Below are positions 1-14,549 of a stretch of 64,000 nucleotides of DNA, piece by piece. The stretch comes from Bacteroidales bacterium UBA6117. Lineage in GTDB: Bacteria > Bacteroidota > Bacteroidia > Bacteroidales > VadinHA17. Both the position numbers and the translations under genes were made by a program. Within the stretch, counting starts at the first letter, position 1, and each line of letters starts with the position of its first letter. The notes beneath the pieces are model-generated. The model did no database searches. It saw only the letters and a list, made by a program, of their open reading frames with translations, and was not told the DNA's origin. Where the stretch lies: NCBI GenBank assembly GCA_002428385.1, contig DIWB01000027.1:3349-67348 (forward strand), in the 5' to 3' direction.

Positions 1-158
1 TCGGGGAAGACGCTGTCTTTTGAACAATCGCTGCCGCAATGCAGGCAGTTCAGGTTGCACCTGGTAGTGCATTCCCAGAACAGATAATTAAGTTCGTGAA
101 GTTCTGTTTCCGATTTCCTGAATCTTCTGAAGGCATATCTTTTCAGGGAAGAAATCAT
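1..158 (-). CDS. radical SAM protein, first 52 codons only (gene runs off the window start)
   Basis: Too short for the ORF track. Manual reverse translation from the ATG at 158-156 gives MISSLKRYAFRRFRKSETELHELNYLFWECTTRCNLNCLHCGSDCSKDSVFP. CNLNCLHC is the canonical CX3CX2C radical-SAM cluster motif. The ATG overlaps the upstream stop as ATGA. Confidence 0.6.
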   Translation of the reverse strand, partial: MISSLKRYAFRRFRKSETELHELNYLFWECTTRCNLNCLHCGSDCSKDSVFP

Positions 159-520
159 TTATTTTCCAGCATTATATCCAGATAAACCTTTTCGGATATT
201 GCTGTCAGCACGGTATCCTTATCTGCAAATAGTCCATTCTCATTTGAATCGATATCCTGAAACTGAAGTCTTATCCCTTCAATCATTTCAGTATAGAATG
301 AGAATTTGCCGGTTTCATCGGTTATATCATACTGCATATAATCAACAACTGATACTTTTATACCTTTGACCGGCAATCCTGATGTAAGGGATTTTACCTG
401 TCCTTCGACCAGCATATCAAGTCCCATATCCTGAGGAGTACCGTAACAGGCCTGAAAAATAAACATTGCTGTAGTAAGACTCATCCCGCCAATTATTTTT
501 CTCGCCCAGTTTCGTTTCAT
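155..520 (-). CDS. small lipoprotein with a carboxypeptidase-regulatory-like beta-sandwich domain
   Basis: ORF 155..718 trimmed to the ATG at 520. MKRNWARKIIGGMSLTTAMFIFQAC is a lipoprotein signal with a lipobox Cys. The C-terminal VEGQV...GLPVKGIKVSV...TDETGKFSF pattern is typical of CarboxypepD_reg-like domains. Confidence 0.6.
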   Translation of the reverse strand: MKRNWARKIIGGMSLTTAMFIFQACYGTPQDMGLDMLVEGQVKSLTSGLPVKGIKVSVVDYMQYDITDETGKFSFYTEMIEGIRLQFQDIDSNENGLFADKDTVLTAISEKVYLDIMLENK

Positions 521-789
521 TTGAAAGAAATTTCTATACCATTCTAAATCAATTGATTTGCAAGGTAAATAAAAAAAAGAAAATCCGCAAAAGAAAATGA
601 CAAGGCTTGCGATTAACGGTATGCGGCACGCAACAACTGACGGCAACTGTTTGAAGCCGTGCGTCATGAGTCGTTTGTCGTGGATCTTATATGAAAAGGC
701 TGTACGCCTTGCCGGCATTTCCCCCGATTTACCGTTTGACAGGCCGGTTTTACCCGATGTCCGGACTGTCTTGAAATTCTTCTTACCGG

Positions 790-963
790 TTAATTGATAA
801 CCAGGTTTCTTTTCTGATTAGGATTGTTCAATCCCCTGTTCCTAAAATAATGTTCGCGGGCAACGTCATCCGGAATGTCCGCTGAAATCTCAATAACAGT
901 TTTGTGATCAATTCTAAGATACTTGGTTTTTACTGCGTTTTTGCCTGATTTTGTACGTTCCAT
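790..963 (-). CDS. small hypothetical protein (57 aa)
   Basis: ORF 790..987 trimmed to the internal ATG (MERTKSGKNAVKTKYLRIDHKTVIEISADIPDDVAREHYF...). Composition is protein-like, but I recognise no family and it is embedded in a repeat-rich spacer. Confidence 0.3.
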   Translation of the reverse strand: MERTKSGKNAVKTKYLRIDHKTVIEISADIPDDVAREHYFRNRGLNNPNQKRNLVIN

Positions 964-1146
964 GCTTTTACTTTTAAAAGGCCACAAAGGTAATAATTTT
1001 TATATTAAAAAATGTTAAACGCTGATTTATTTTTACTTACAGTTTGTAAAACAATCAGGCTTTATAGTTAAAACAGAAGAAGAAACTCCCTCCGTTTATT
1101 TCTGCAAAAATTTCTGTTTCCTAATTACAAATTGTGGTACCAATCC

Positions 1147-1404
1147 GGGGGCTTCAGCCCCCATGGGTAATTATGGGACTAAAGTCCCGGAACCAGAGAG
1201 GGGGGCTGTTTTACCGTCAGATGAATCTGACGGCAACAGGAAGAATCTGGTGGCAACTCTCTTTTCCTGACTTGGTAGATTTCTATAAGGAATGTTAATC
1301 TGGCATCTTCTTTTTTGTTACCGTTGGCTTCAGCCAACGGTTTGAAGCGCCCCGCACGTCTTCCGGGGCTTCAGCCCCCTTCCTGAAAACCATATCGTTT
1401 CAGG
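1147..1404. repeat. cluster of six short perfect hairpins (REP-like field)
   Basis: GGGGGC-TTCA-GCCCCC at 1147-1162. GGGAC-TAAA-GTCCC at 1175-1188. CCGTCAGA-TGAA-TCTGACGG at 1214-1233. CCGTTGGC-TTCA-GCCAACGG at 1321-1340. GGGGC-TTCA-GCCCC at 1365-1378. CCTGAAA-9nt-TTTCAGG at 1382-1404. Confidence 0.7.
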
Positions 1405-1750
1405 TAAAATAATTGTTGTTTCTCATATGGTTTCTTATCGTTATTCGATAATATTTTATCGTTATTTCTGACACTATGACTATATTTTTCCGGATTTCCG
1501 TTGCCGCTTTCCTTGACTTTCTCTTTTCATAGATGTAAATTTGGATCTTCAACATTTTCAGAATTACTTAAAAAAAGCCATGAAAGACAAATTCAATCAG
1601 AATTGCGCGCCATCCGGAGCAGTCTACGGACTTGGACTCCTGGGAGCCTGATAATCCGGTTGTTTTCCGCTTTCACTATTACCACTGATCCCCTTCATTG
1701 TCTCCGACAGGATTATTTTTTGTATTTTTGCCATCTCAATTCACCGACCC

Positions 1751-2431
1751 ATGAATAAATTAAAAATTATCCGGGGCATTGAGGTGCTGGTAAGCGCTGC
1801 CCTGATTCTTATCATCTCCTATGCCCTTTACCTCAGGTATCTTCCTGATGAGGAAACATTTCAGCAACTTGTAAAGGAAGATGGCTTTGTTGAATACGCA
1901 ACTGTTTTCTTCCTGTTCCTGTCGAGTCTGGTCTGCATTTACCGGGCATTGCAGTACCGCTCCTCCGGAAAGTACACCGGTGTTTTCATCTGGGCTCTGC
2001 TGGCTTTCCTTTTCTTCTTCGCGGCCGGTGATGAAATAAGCTGGGGACAAAGGATCTTCGGCATTGAAAGCAGTGATTTCTTTCTCACTCACAACAAGCA
2101 GGCTGAAACGAACCTGCATAACCTGGTTGTTGGCGGACACAGTGTCAACAAGATCATCTTTTCGAGTCTGCTGTTTGTGGTCCTGAGCATTTATTTCCTT
2201 GTCTGGAGGCCGCTGGTGCTGAAGGTACCGGCAGTCAGAAGACTGAATGACAGATTCTGCGTACCTGTTCCCCGAATTCAGCACATAATAGTCATAGTTG
2301 TTGTTACGCTGATGATATTACTGATTCAGATGTACCGCGACAGTGAACTCCACGAGGTTTCATTTGCAATGATATTCTTCCTGATATTTCTGAATCCCTC
2401 AATCCTTCCGGATAAAGTGGCAGGCAGGTAA
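1751..2431 (+). CDS. polytopic membrane protein, unknown function
   Basis: 226-aa ORF with about 6 hydrophobic segments and a conserved-looking GDEISWGQRIFG motif. ATG start. Confidence 0.7.
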   Translation: MNKLKIIRGIEVLVSAALILIISYALYLRYLPDEETFQQLVKEDGFVEYATVFFLFLSSLVCIYRALQYRSSGKYTGVFIWALLAFLFFFAAGDEISWGQRIFGIESSDFFLTHNKQAETNLHNLVVGGHSVNKIIFSSLLFVVLSIYFLVWRPLVLKVPAVRRLNDRFCVPVPRIQHIIVIVVVTLMILLIQMYRDSELHEVSFAMIFFLIFLNPSILPDKVAGR

Positions 2432-2601
2432 GGAGCATAAGGCCTTAAGAAGATTTTATATGCTTAAGGATGGATGCAGGCTTGATTTTCATTTCATTAT
2501 TTTGTAATTTTATTGTCCCTGCCAATACCACGGTTTGGCAGAATAATCGTGCATTTTATTTGTTTATTGGCTGAATAACCAACAAGTTTTTCCACCATCA
2601 T

Positions 2602-3963
2602 ATGAAAGCCGGACAAATAATCCTAATAACAGTAATTTCACTTCTGTGTGTCATCCCGGAAACCATGGCCCAGGACACTCCCTTAACAAAATCCATGGCA
2701 CGCCAGAAGAAAGCAGCAGATATTTCAAGCACAGTCGAGCTGGCCAAAACGATGAATAATGTCAATTACACCGACATGTACGACAGGAGTCTGCTGATGT
2801 ATGCTGCTTCGCAGGGCTACTCCAGGGCCTGCAGGATACTTCTCCGCAGGGGAGCGGATCCCAACATCCAGGCAATTGACGGGGCCACTTCCGGCATGTT
2901 TGCCGCCTACAACGGTCACGACAGGATCGTTAAGATGATGCTCGAAAGGGGATTTGACCCTGAGATCAAGGCGCTGGACGGAACCAATGCCCTGATGATG
3001 GCTTCCCAGAACGGACACCTCGAAGTTGTCAGGCTGCTTCTTTTAAAGGGGGCAAAGCCCGATCTTCAGGCATCCGACGGATATACGGCATTGATGCTTG
3101 CATCCCAGAACGGGCATGAGGAGATCGTATCCCTTCTGCTTGCCAACGGAGCTGATCCGAACATGCAGGATTTCAGGAACGGGACCACTGCACTGATTCA
3201 GGCATCACTGTTCGGGAACACTTATGCAGCCATGCTTCTGCTCGACAACGGTGCGGATCCCAATCTCAGTGACAACAGTGGAACTTCGGCCCTGATGACT
3301 GCCGCCATGCTCGGTCAGACTGATTACGCAAAACTGCTGATGGCTTCAGGTGCAGATATCAACCTGAAGTCGTCCGACGGGTCAAACGCACTTTTCCTGG
3401 CCGCGATGAACGGCCATACCGGCATTGTCAAAACCCTTCTCGAGAGAGGAGCCAGACCCGATTCGCTCGACACCGATGGTACAAGAGCCCTGGTTATAAC
3501 CGCCAGGGATGAGATAGCCGACAGTATCAGCATAAAACTATACAGGGGTTACAACAAGGATTTCAGCTTCAGTGAGAACCTGACAGCCATGGTAGCCACC
3601 CGCGATGACGGAGTCCTGGAAGCGGTCAACATTGCTGACCGTAAAGGGTCGCTGGATGATGTTATTGCCAATTCCGACAGGGCAACCGCCTTTATAAAAG
3701 CATTCAGGAGCGGACAGGTGGCTGTGGTGAAGGTCTTCCTGAAAAAGAATGCCAGGATAGATCCACACAAGACTGCAAAATACACCGATCTTATGGTTGC
3801 CTCGATGAACGGACACACCGATATCGTCAAAATGCTTCTGGAAAGGGGAGCCAATCCCGGTCTGAAGGACAACAGCGGAAAGACTGCCATCGACTATGCT
3901 AAAAGCACGGAATTAAGGAACCTTCTTGAGGCAAACCTCAATAAAAGCAATATCCATCAATAG
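2602..3963 (+). CDS. exported ankyrin-repeat protein
   Basis: Signal peptide MKAGQIILITVISLLCVIPETMAQ. About 10 repeats of the G.TALM.A..NGH..IV..LL..GADPN consensus, with a non-repeat insert near residues 300-390. Confidence 0.9.
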   Translation: MKAGQIILITVISLLCVIPETMAQDTPLTKSMARQKKAADISSTVELAKTMNNVNYTDMYDRSLLMYAASQGYSRACRILLRRGADPNIQAIDGATSGMFAAYNGHDRIVKMMLERGFDPEIKALDGTNALMMASQNGHLEVVRLLLLKGAKPDLQASDGYTALMLASQNGHEEIVSLLLANGADPNMQDFRNGTTALIQASLFGNTYAAMLLLDNGADPNLSDNSGTSALMTAAMLGQTDYAKLLMASGADINLKSSDGSNALFLAAMNGHTGIVKTLLERGARPDSLDTDGTRALVITARDEIADSISIKLYRGYNKDFSFSENLTAMVATRDDGVLEAVNIADRKGSLDDVIANSDRATAFIKAFRSGQVAVVKVFLKKNARIDPHKTAKYTDLMVASMNGHTDIVKMLLERGANPGLKDNSGKTAIDYAKSTELRNLLEANLNKSNIHQ

Positions 3964-3986
3964 AATCAAGCTTGCTTTCTTCCGGC

Positions 3987-4721
3987 CTATTCAAAGATAA
4001 AGCTCCCGAAGCGGTTATAATCGTGGAAAGTACCTGAAGTCTTCTTCCATGAAAAATGGGCGGCGCCTTTGTCGTAATCGATCCTGTACATATTTGCCCT
4101 CCACCTGGTGCCAGGTTCCGGCGGAACCTGCGGCAATGGTTCAAGGAGCTTGTAGGGTATGAAGAACTCAGCAGTCCAGGCGGTGACCTTACCTCCGCTA
4201 ACCTTCTCCCCTCCCCTGACCGAGGTGGCGTGAACAACTTTTTTATCGCCTTCGTATTTCCAGGGCAGCCAGCCGAGGAATTTCCCCTTGTAATTGGGAA
4301 CCAGAATAGGCAGTTCGTAATTCATCGGTGAAACTTCATACTCGAAATATACGGGAAAATCCTCTGCAGTCCACAGAAATAACTCAACCACATCCTCTTC
4401 CCACAGGTTGAGATTGTCGCCTTTAAGAGTGGTGGTCAGCTTTTCGTCCTCACAATCGAAGAGAAAATATATCCCTGCCGGAGAACTCAGAACTTTAACC
4501 TTTGTCTTATAATCGATGAAATCAGATCCCTGATGACTGAGGAAAACCCAGTCAGTTTTTTTCCACTGATCATTGGTTCCATCGCCGGTAACATTAAAAT
4601 CCGTGCAATTACGTATGACAAGTGCATCATTATCACCTGCATTGCCCTGTCCAAAGCTTACCTGGACAGCAGCCGCGGATGTTACAAGGACCGTCAGAAA
4701 TAATACTGCTATCTTTTTCAT
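3987..4721 (-). CDS. exported carbohydrate-binding family 9-like (DOMON-like) protein
   Basis: ORF trimmed to MKKIAVLFLTVLVTSAAAVQVSFGQ (signal peptide). WEEDVVELFL and YFEYEVSP motifs are typical of CBM9-like folds. Confidence 0.65.
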   Translation of the reverse strand: MKKIAVLFLTVLVTSAAAVQVSFGQGNAGDNDALVIRNCTDFNVTGDGTNDQWKKTDWVFLSHQGSDFIDYKTKVKVLSSPAGIYFLFDCEDEKLTTTLKGDNLNLWEEDVVELFLWTAEDFPVYFEYEVSPMNYELPILVPNYKGKFLGWLPWKYEGDKKVVHATSVRGGEKVSGGKVTAWTAEFFIPYKLLEPLPQVPPEPGTRWRANMYRIDYDKGAAHFSWKKTSGTFHDYNRFGSFIFE

Positions 4722-4915
4722 TCTTTTGTATTTTTTGGTACTGTATACTATCATCGGCTGAAAGATAGTCAAAGGCACTCTGTCTTCAAAGTTCTCTCTG
4801 CTGTTTTACTATTATTCTGATTAAATACCGTGAGCATCCGGGTCAGGATTGTAAGGGAACCACTGTCAAAAACATCACGGGGTAAGCTTTGAAAGTCAGC
4901 AGCCCATAACTAATG

Positions 4916-5353
4916 CTAATCCGCTTCCACTATCGCCACTGCCAGAGTGAAGACCGGCAGGAGAACAGCTCCGTAAACAGGGTTGTACCAGCTTAACAAT
5001 GAGAAAGGTCCGCCAAGAGCAAAAACCCAAACCACGAACGAGAGTGCAGAAATGATATGCTGGCTTATTTTCTGCACCTTTTGTACTCTCCACAGGTAGA
5101 GAGGTGTCAGTATAAGGAAGATCAGGAACAATCCCCACTGAAAAAGACTGATCTCGCCAGCCTTTGTAAGGTTCTCCAGCATCCCGGCTGCAAAAATATA
5201 GCCGGCAACAATCTCGGCCGGAATGTATTTAAACAACCGGTCTGAGTATGTGTCGCGGGTTGCCTGGGAAACTGCCTGTCCGGTGTTTTTGTTTTCTGAC
5301 TGAATCTGGTTTATGCGCCGGATATCAGCCGATGAAATAACTTGTCTGCTCAT
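4916..5353 (-). CDS. 4-TM membrane protein, unknown function
   Basis: 145-aa ORF lying 11 nt downstream of the S8 peptidase gene. It has a polar N-terminus of about 45 aa followed by four hydrophobic helices. Confidence 0.6.
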   Translation of the reverse strand: MSRQVISSADIRRINQIQSENKNTGQAVSQATRDTYSDRLFKYIPAEIVAGYIFAAGMLENLTKAGEISLFQWGLFLIFLILTPLYLWRVQKVQKISQHIISALSFVVWVFALGGPFSLLSWYNPVYGAVLLPVFTLAVAIVEAD

Positions 5354-5364
5354 GTTATGGAAAG

Positions 5365-7029
5365 TTAGGCATTGATTTTTCGTTCCTCACCTGTTTTTCT
5401 CCTCCGCGTTTGTTGTTGTCTGCCGTCTGAAGATGCTGATTTAAGCGAGAGAGCCATAAGAACTGCCTTTTCGGCGTTGATCCGTCCGAATCCGTAAAGA
5501 TTGCTGTGTCCTCCGGAATCATACTCCCCTCCGGCAAGATCAATTTTATCGCAGGTATCCCTGATGATGCGCCTGACCTGTTCCCATGTAAGATTCTGAT
5601 CAACCGACAGGATCAGGGCAGCAGTTCCGGCCGCACCGGGGCATGAACCTGATGTACCGCCAAAGCTGTCGGTGTAATCTCCTTTTGAATTATAGCCTGC
5701 CCTTCCTGTCCTGTCGGTCGTATAGATTCCGGCAGTAAGTGGGTCGGGGTGGTTAAAGGGCTCATAGCCAAGATCGCTGCTGGGAAAGGAGCACCATATC
5801 TCTTTTCCGTAATCGCTGTAAATGCATCTTTTTCCCCTGTCGTTGCATGCGGCGACTGCCATCACCTTCGGATAGCTTGCATAGCCGTCATAGCTGCAGG
5901 CCTCATTCCCGTTGCCGGCGGCAAAAGCAATAACGCATCCCAGGCCGCCGCGCCCTTTTGTAACTGCATAATCGATTGCAAGCCTCGTGCTGTCGGGAAG
6001 GTCGATCAGGGTTGTATGAACAGGGTCGCCCGGATCGGACCAGTTGCCATCTTCCGGTCCCCAGCTGCATGAGATGATATCCGCGCCGTGATCGGCCGCC
6101 CAAAGGAAGGCGTTTGCCTCGGCCATCGATCCCAGGCTCGAGCTGAGCCTGACAGGCATCAGCAATGCCCCGGGAGCGACTCCCGATGCCTCTTCTCCAA
6201 CTGCAGCTGCAATGCCCGCGCAGGCAGTGCCATGGTTGTCCCAGGTGTTTCGCGGACGTGGATCATTGCTGTTTGACGATATGTCGCGTGAATGAATCAC
6301 CTTGCCCGGACTGTTGAACTCGGTATGGTCAATATCAAAGCCGTCGTCGATGAGTGCAATGGTAATGTTGTCGCCGCGGGTAATCATATGAGCCAGATCA
6401 GCCCTGACACCCTCGTCAATCTCTGTTTGGTCGATTGTTGTTGCCATCAGATGCCATTGCCTGACATTGATACCCTTCAATCCCCTTTTTCTTATCAGTT
6501 CAGGGTGGCACAATTCCACCTCTTTCATCTGCAGGAGCGATTCAGCTATCTCAAAAATCCGGAGTCCGGTATCTTCAGGGGCGCTTACGAAGTAAGAGTT
6601 TTCTGCAAAACCAGTCTTCTGCTTTATCTTAAGATTATTAGCCGAAACGATCTCTTCACATCTGCCTGCAGGCACATCGTCGTGGAACTTTATGAAGATG
6701 TTTTCGGTATACAGTACCACTGTTTTTCCATCTTCCTCAACAAGCACCTTACCGACGAATCTGAGCTCAGGTTCCTTTTTCAGCGCTGACTTCGCCTTGT
6801 TCCTGGCTGCAACCCTGTCTTTTACCGCCGCCTTCGTCCTGAAAACAGTTATATCAGCTTCGGGGAATTCCGCAACCATCTTAAGGCTAAGGAGAGCCTT
6901 CTTTCCTTTTTCCGAGATCACGGCAGTATCGAGATCCCTTGAGTTTCGGGTGCGCACAGCGACCATGTCGGTGCTTTCGTGCAGAACGTGCCTTGTGCCG
7001 TTCTTGCCGCCAAATGTGTAAGTGTACAT
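5365..7029 (-). CDS. S8 (subtilisin-family) serine peptidase with no signal peptide
   Basis: Catalytic motifs LIDDGFDIDH (Asp), HGTACAG (His), AAGNGNE (oxyanion Asn) and GGTSGSCPGAAG (Ser). An N-terminal region of about 190 aa resembles propeptide/inhibitor-I9 folds. Confidence 0.9.
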   Translation of the reverse strand: MYTYTFGGKNGTRHVLHESTDMVAVRTRNSRDLDTAVISEKGKKALLSLKMVAEFPEADITVFRTKAAVKDRVAARNKAKSALKKEPELRFVGKVLVEEDGKTVVLYTENIFIKFHDDVPAGRCEEIVSANNLKIKQKTGFAENSYFVSAPEDTGLRIFEIAESLLQMKEVELCHPELIRKRGLKGINVRQWHLMATTIDQTEIDEGVRADLAHMITRGDNITIALIDDGFDIDHTEFNSPGKVIHSRDISSNSNDPRPRNTWDNHGTACAGIAAAVGEEASGVAPGALLMPVRLSSSLGSMAEANAFLWAADHGADIISCSWGPEDGNWSDPGDPVHTTLIDLPDSTRLAIDYAVTKGRGGLGCVIAFAAGNGNEACSYDGYASYPKVMAVAACNDRGKRCIYSDYGKEIWCSFPSSDLGYEPFNHPDPLTAGIYTTDRTGRAGYNSKGDYTDSFGGTSGSCPGAAGTAALILSVDQNLTWEQVRRIIRDTCDKIDLAGGEYDSGGHSNLYGFGRINAEKAVLMALSLKSASSDGRQQQTRRRKTGEERKINA

Positions 7030-7072
7030 ATTATTCAGACATTAACTCACCCAAATTTAGTAAAGATCTGAA

Positions 7073-8350
7073 TCATTCCCTTACTCTTTCCAATATTTCC
7101 ATGCACATTCTTCCGCTGTGATAGGGACATATCCAGAATCCGGCCTTGTCTCCGGAAGGCACTCCCGATTCCGAGACGTAGCTGTACCATCCGCCGTTCT
7201 TTCTGTCGATGAAATTCTGTTTGATGTATTCCCACGATCTGAGCGACTTTTGGAGGTACGCTTCGTCGCCCGTCAGTTCAAAGGCATTGAGGTATCCAAC
7301 AACCGATTCGGCCTGCTCCCACCACGACTTCCTGGGACTGACATGTCCGGTTGCATGATTCTTCTCCGTAACCATGCTTCCATCGGGACGAAGTCCTTCT
7401 GCGGCCGCATTCGCAACGGCAATGGATGCTTTGGCTGTCTGTTCGAGCAATTCCTTGTCGTTCAGGAGTCCGGCAGCTTCATACAGCAGCCATGAACTTT
7501 CAATATCGTGGCCGTACGAATCAATATGAGCCGTGCTGTTCCAGCTTCTGTCGAGAAAAGGTATCAGATGTGATGTATTTTTGTCGATTATCTTATCGAG
7601 AAAGATCCTGACCATTGCTTCAAGCTTCTCTCCCACCTCCTTATCACCCGACACCCTGTAAAGGTTTGCATATGCTTCCATCACGTGGAGGCTGGTATTC
7701 ATTGTCTTTTCTGTGAGGTCTGATTCTTCTCCTATCAGCCGCTCCCTTATTCGCTCCCACTCCCTGCTGAAAACCTCAAAATATCCGCTGTGTTCCCTGT
7801 CGGCTGCATGTTTTTCAAGCATGCCGAATATCTTTCTTGCCTCTTCCAGTGAAGCTTTATCGCCTGTTGCCCTGCTGTATTCAGCAAGCGCATAAATAAA
7901 AAACGCATTTGTATAAACCTGTTTCCTTGTATTGCCCGGGGTTCCGTCGGCATTGACGCTCATAAATGCGCCTCCTGATTCCCTGTCGATGAAATGGTCC
8001 AGTATGTAATCCCTGGCTCTTGTGGCGATACGGAGGTAAGAGGTGTCTCCCATCACTCTGTAGGCAGAGGAATATGTCCAGAGTATCCTGGCATTCAGTA
8101 TCCCTCCCTTCTCCGCCTGAGGGTAAATTTTTTCATTACCATCGATCCGGCCGTAAAATCCTCCGTTTTCATTGTCAACCATAAGGTTTGTCCAGTAAGG
8201 AAGGATATTCCCAGTAAGGTCATCGGAAACCTCCTGCCGCAGCTGAATGAGTTTCCGCTTCTGTTCCGGGGTCATTTTTTGATTATCGGTGCATCTTTCC
8301 GGACTGATCAGAAATAATACAAGTGCAGGAATCAGAACTATTTTCGACAT
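7073..8350 (-). CDS. N-acylglucosamine 2-epimerase (AGE) superfamily protein (cellobiose/mannobiose 2-epimerase-like), exported
   Basis: 425 aa with a signal-like N-terminus. ILPYW...D.ENGGFYG, KGGILNARILW and VYTNAFFIYALAEY are typical of the AGE (alpha/alpha)6 barrel. Confidence 0.8.
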   Translation of the reverse strand: MSKIVLIPALVLFLISPERCTDNQKMTPEQKRKLIQLRQEVSDDLTGNILPYWTNLMVDNENGGFYGRIDGNEKIYPQAEKGGILNARILWTYSSAYRVMGDTSYLRIATRARDYILDHFIDRESGGAFMSVNADGTPGNTRKQVYTNAFFIYALAEYSRATGDKASLEEARKIFGMLEKHAADREHSGYFEVFSREWERIRERLIGEESDLTEKTMNTSLHVMEAYANLYRVSGDKEVGEKLEAMVRIFLDKIIDKNTSHLIPFLDRSWNSTAHIDSYGHDIESSWLLYEAAGLLNDKELLEQTAKASIAVANAAAEGLRPDGSMVTEKNHATGHVSPRKSWWEQAESVVGYLNAFELTGDEAYLQKSLRSWEYIKQNFIDRKNGGWYSYVSESGVPSGDKAGFWICPYHSGRMCMEILERVRE

Positions 8351-8544
8351 AACATAATGTTTGTTAAAACGTAAGGTTGTGAACTGCCCTTTGGATTGGA
8401 ACGAATAAAGTTATGAATTTTGATCAATTTAAACCCTTAACTTTAAGCATTCGTTGATCAGTGTTTGCAATGAATGGATTGAAATTGTTATTTCAGGGAT
8501 TTTTTCAGTTATTTTTTCTCAGGCTAAATGCAAAAACATCAGAA

Positions 8545-14285
<5,741 letters not shown>

Positions 14286-14306
14286 CTTTCATGTTTGTTA
14301 ATCTGA

Positions 14307-14314
14307 CAAAAGTA
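14307..14314 (-). promoter_or_regulatory. candidate Bacteroidota -7 box (TACTTTTG) for the M1 peptidase gene
   Basis: Exact TAnnTTTG match on the minus strand, 21 nt upstream of the ATG at 14285. Confidence 0.3.
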
Positions 14315-14350
14315 AAAAGATAATGCAAATATGCTATAGAGGAGGTCCCT

Positions 14351-14409
14351 GTTCAAAGTTCAAAGTTCAAAGTTCAAAGTTCAAAGTTCTGAGTTCAAAG
14401 TTCAAAGTT
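14351..14409. repeat. heptanucleotide tandem array (GTTCAAA) x8, one variant unit GTTCTGA
   Basis: Direct reading: units start at 14351 and recur every 7 nt. Unit 6 is GTTCTGA and a partial ninth unit follows. Confidence 0.95.
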
Positions 14410-14423
14410 GTTCCGGTTATGAA

Positions 14424-14458
14424 GGTTCTGTCTTCGGTCTTCGGTCTTCGGTCTTCTT
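14424..14458. repeat. heptanucleotide tandem array (TCTTCGG) x3 with flanking variant units
   Basis: Direct reading: GGTTCTG TCTTCGG TCTTCGG TCTTCGG TCTTCTT. Confidence 0.9.
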
Positions 14459-14549
14459 CATCAACCTATTCCTGTTTTATCATCCAAGACATCGTTTTTT
14501 CGCCCGAATTGTCTATTTTAGAACAAAATTTAAACCTAAACCAAAGACC

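Noticed and set aside
597-797. 66-aa plus-strand ORF in the spacer upstream of the lipoprotein gene
   Set aside because: It overlaps the repeat-module region (CTGACGGCAAC and TTTGAAGC modules). Its relatively GC-rich content comes from hairpin sequences, and there is no protein-like pattern.
1195-1260. SRP (4.5S) RNA-like string GCTGTTTTACCGTCAG...GGAAG
   Set aside because: The hairpin is a perfect 8-bp stem with a TGAA loop. It lacks the symmetric and asymmetric internal loops and the GGAA tetraloop of SRP domain IV. The resemblance is superficial.
1501-1758. 85-aa TTG-initiated ORF upstream of the membrane-protein gene
   Set aside because: It has a non-ATG start, poor composition, overlaps the better-supported ATG at 1751, and has no motifs.
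14351-14458. Tandem arrays (also 34883-34942 and 36695-36792) considered as CRISPR
   Set aside because: The units are 7 or 45 nt and directly abutting, with no unique spacers, and there are no cas genes in the window.
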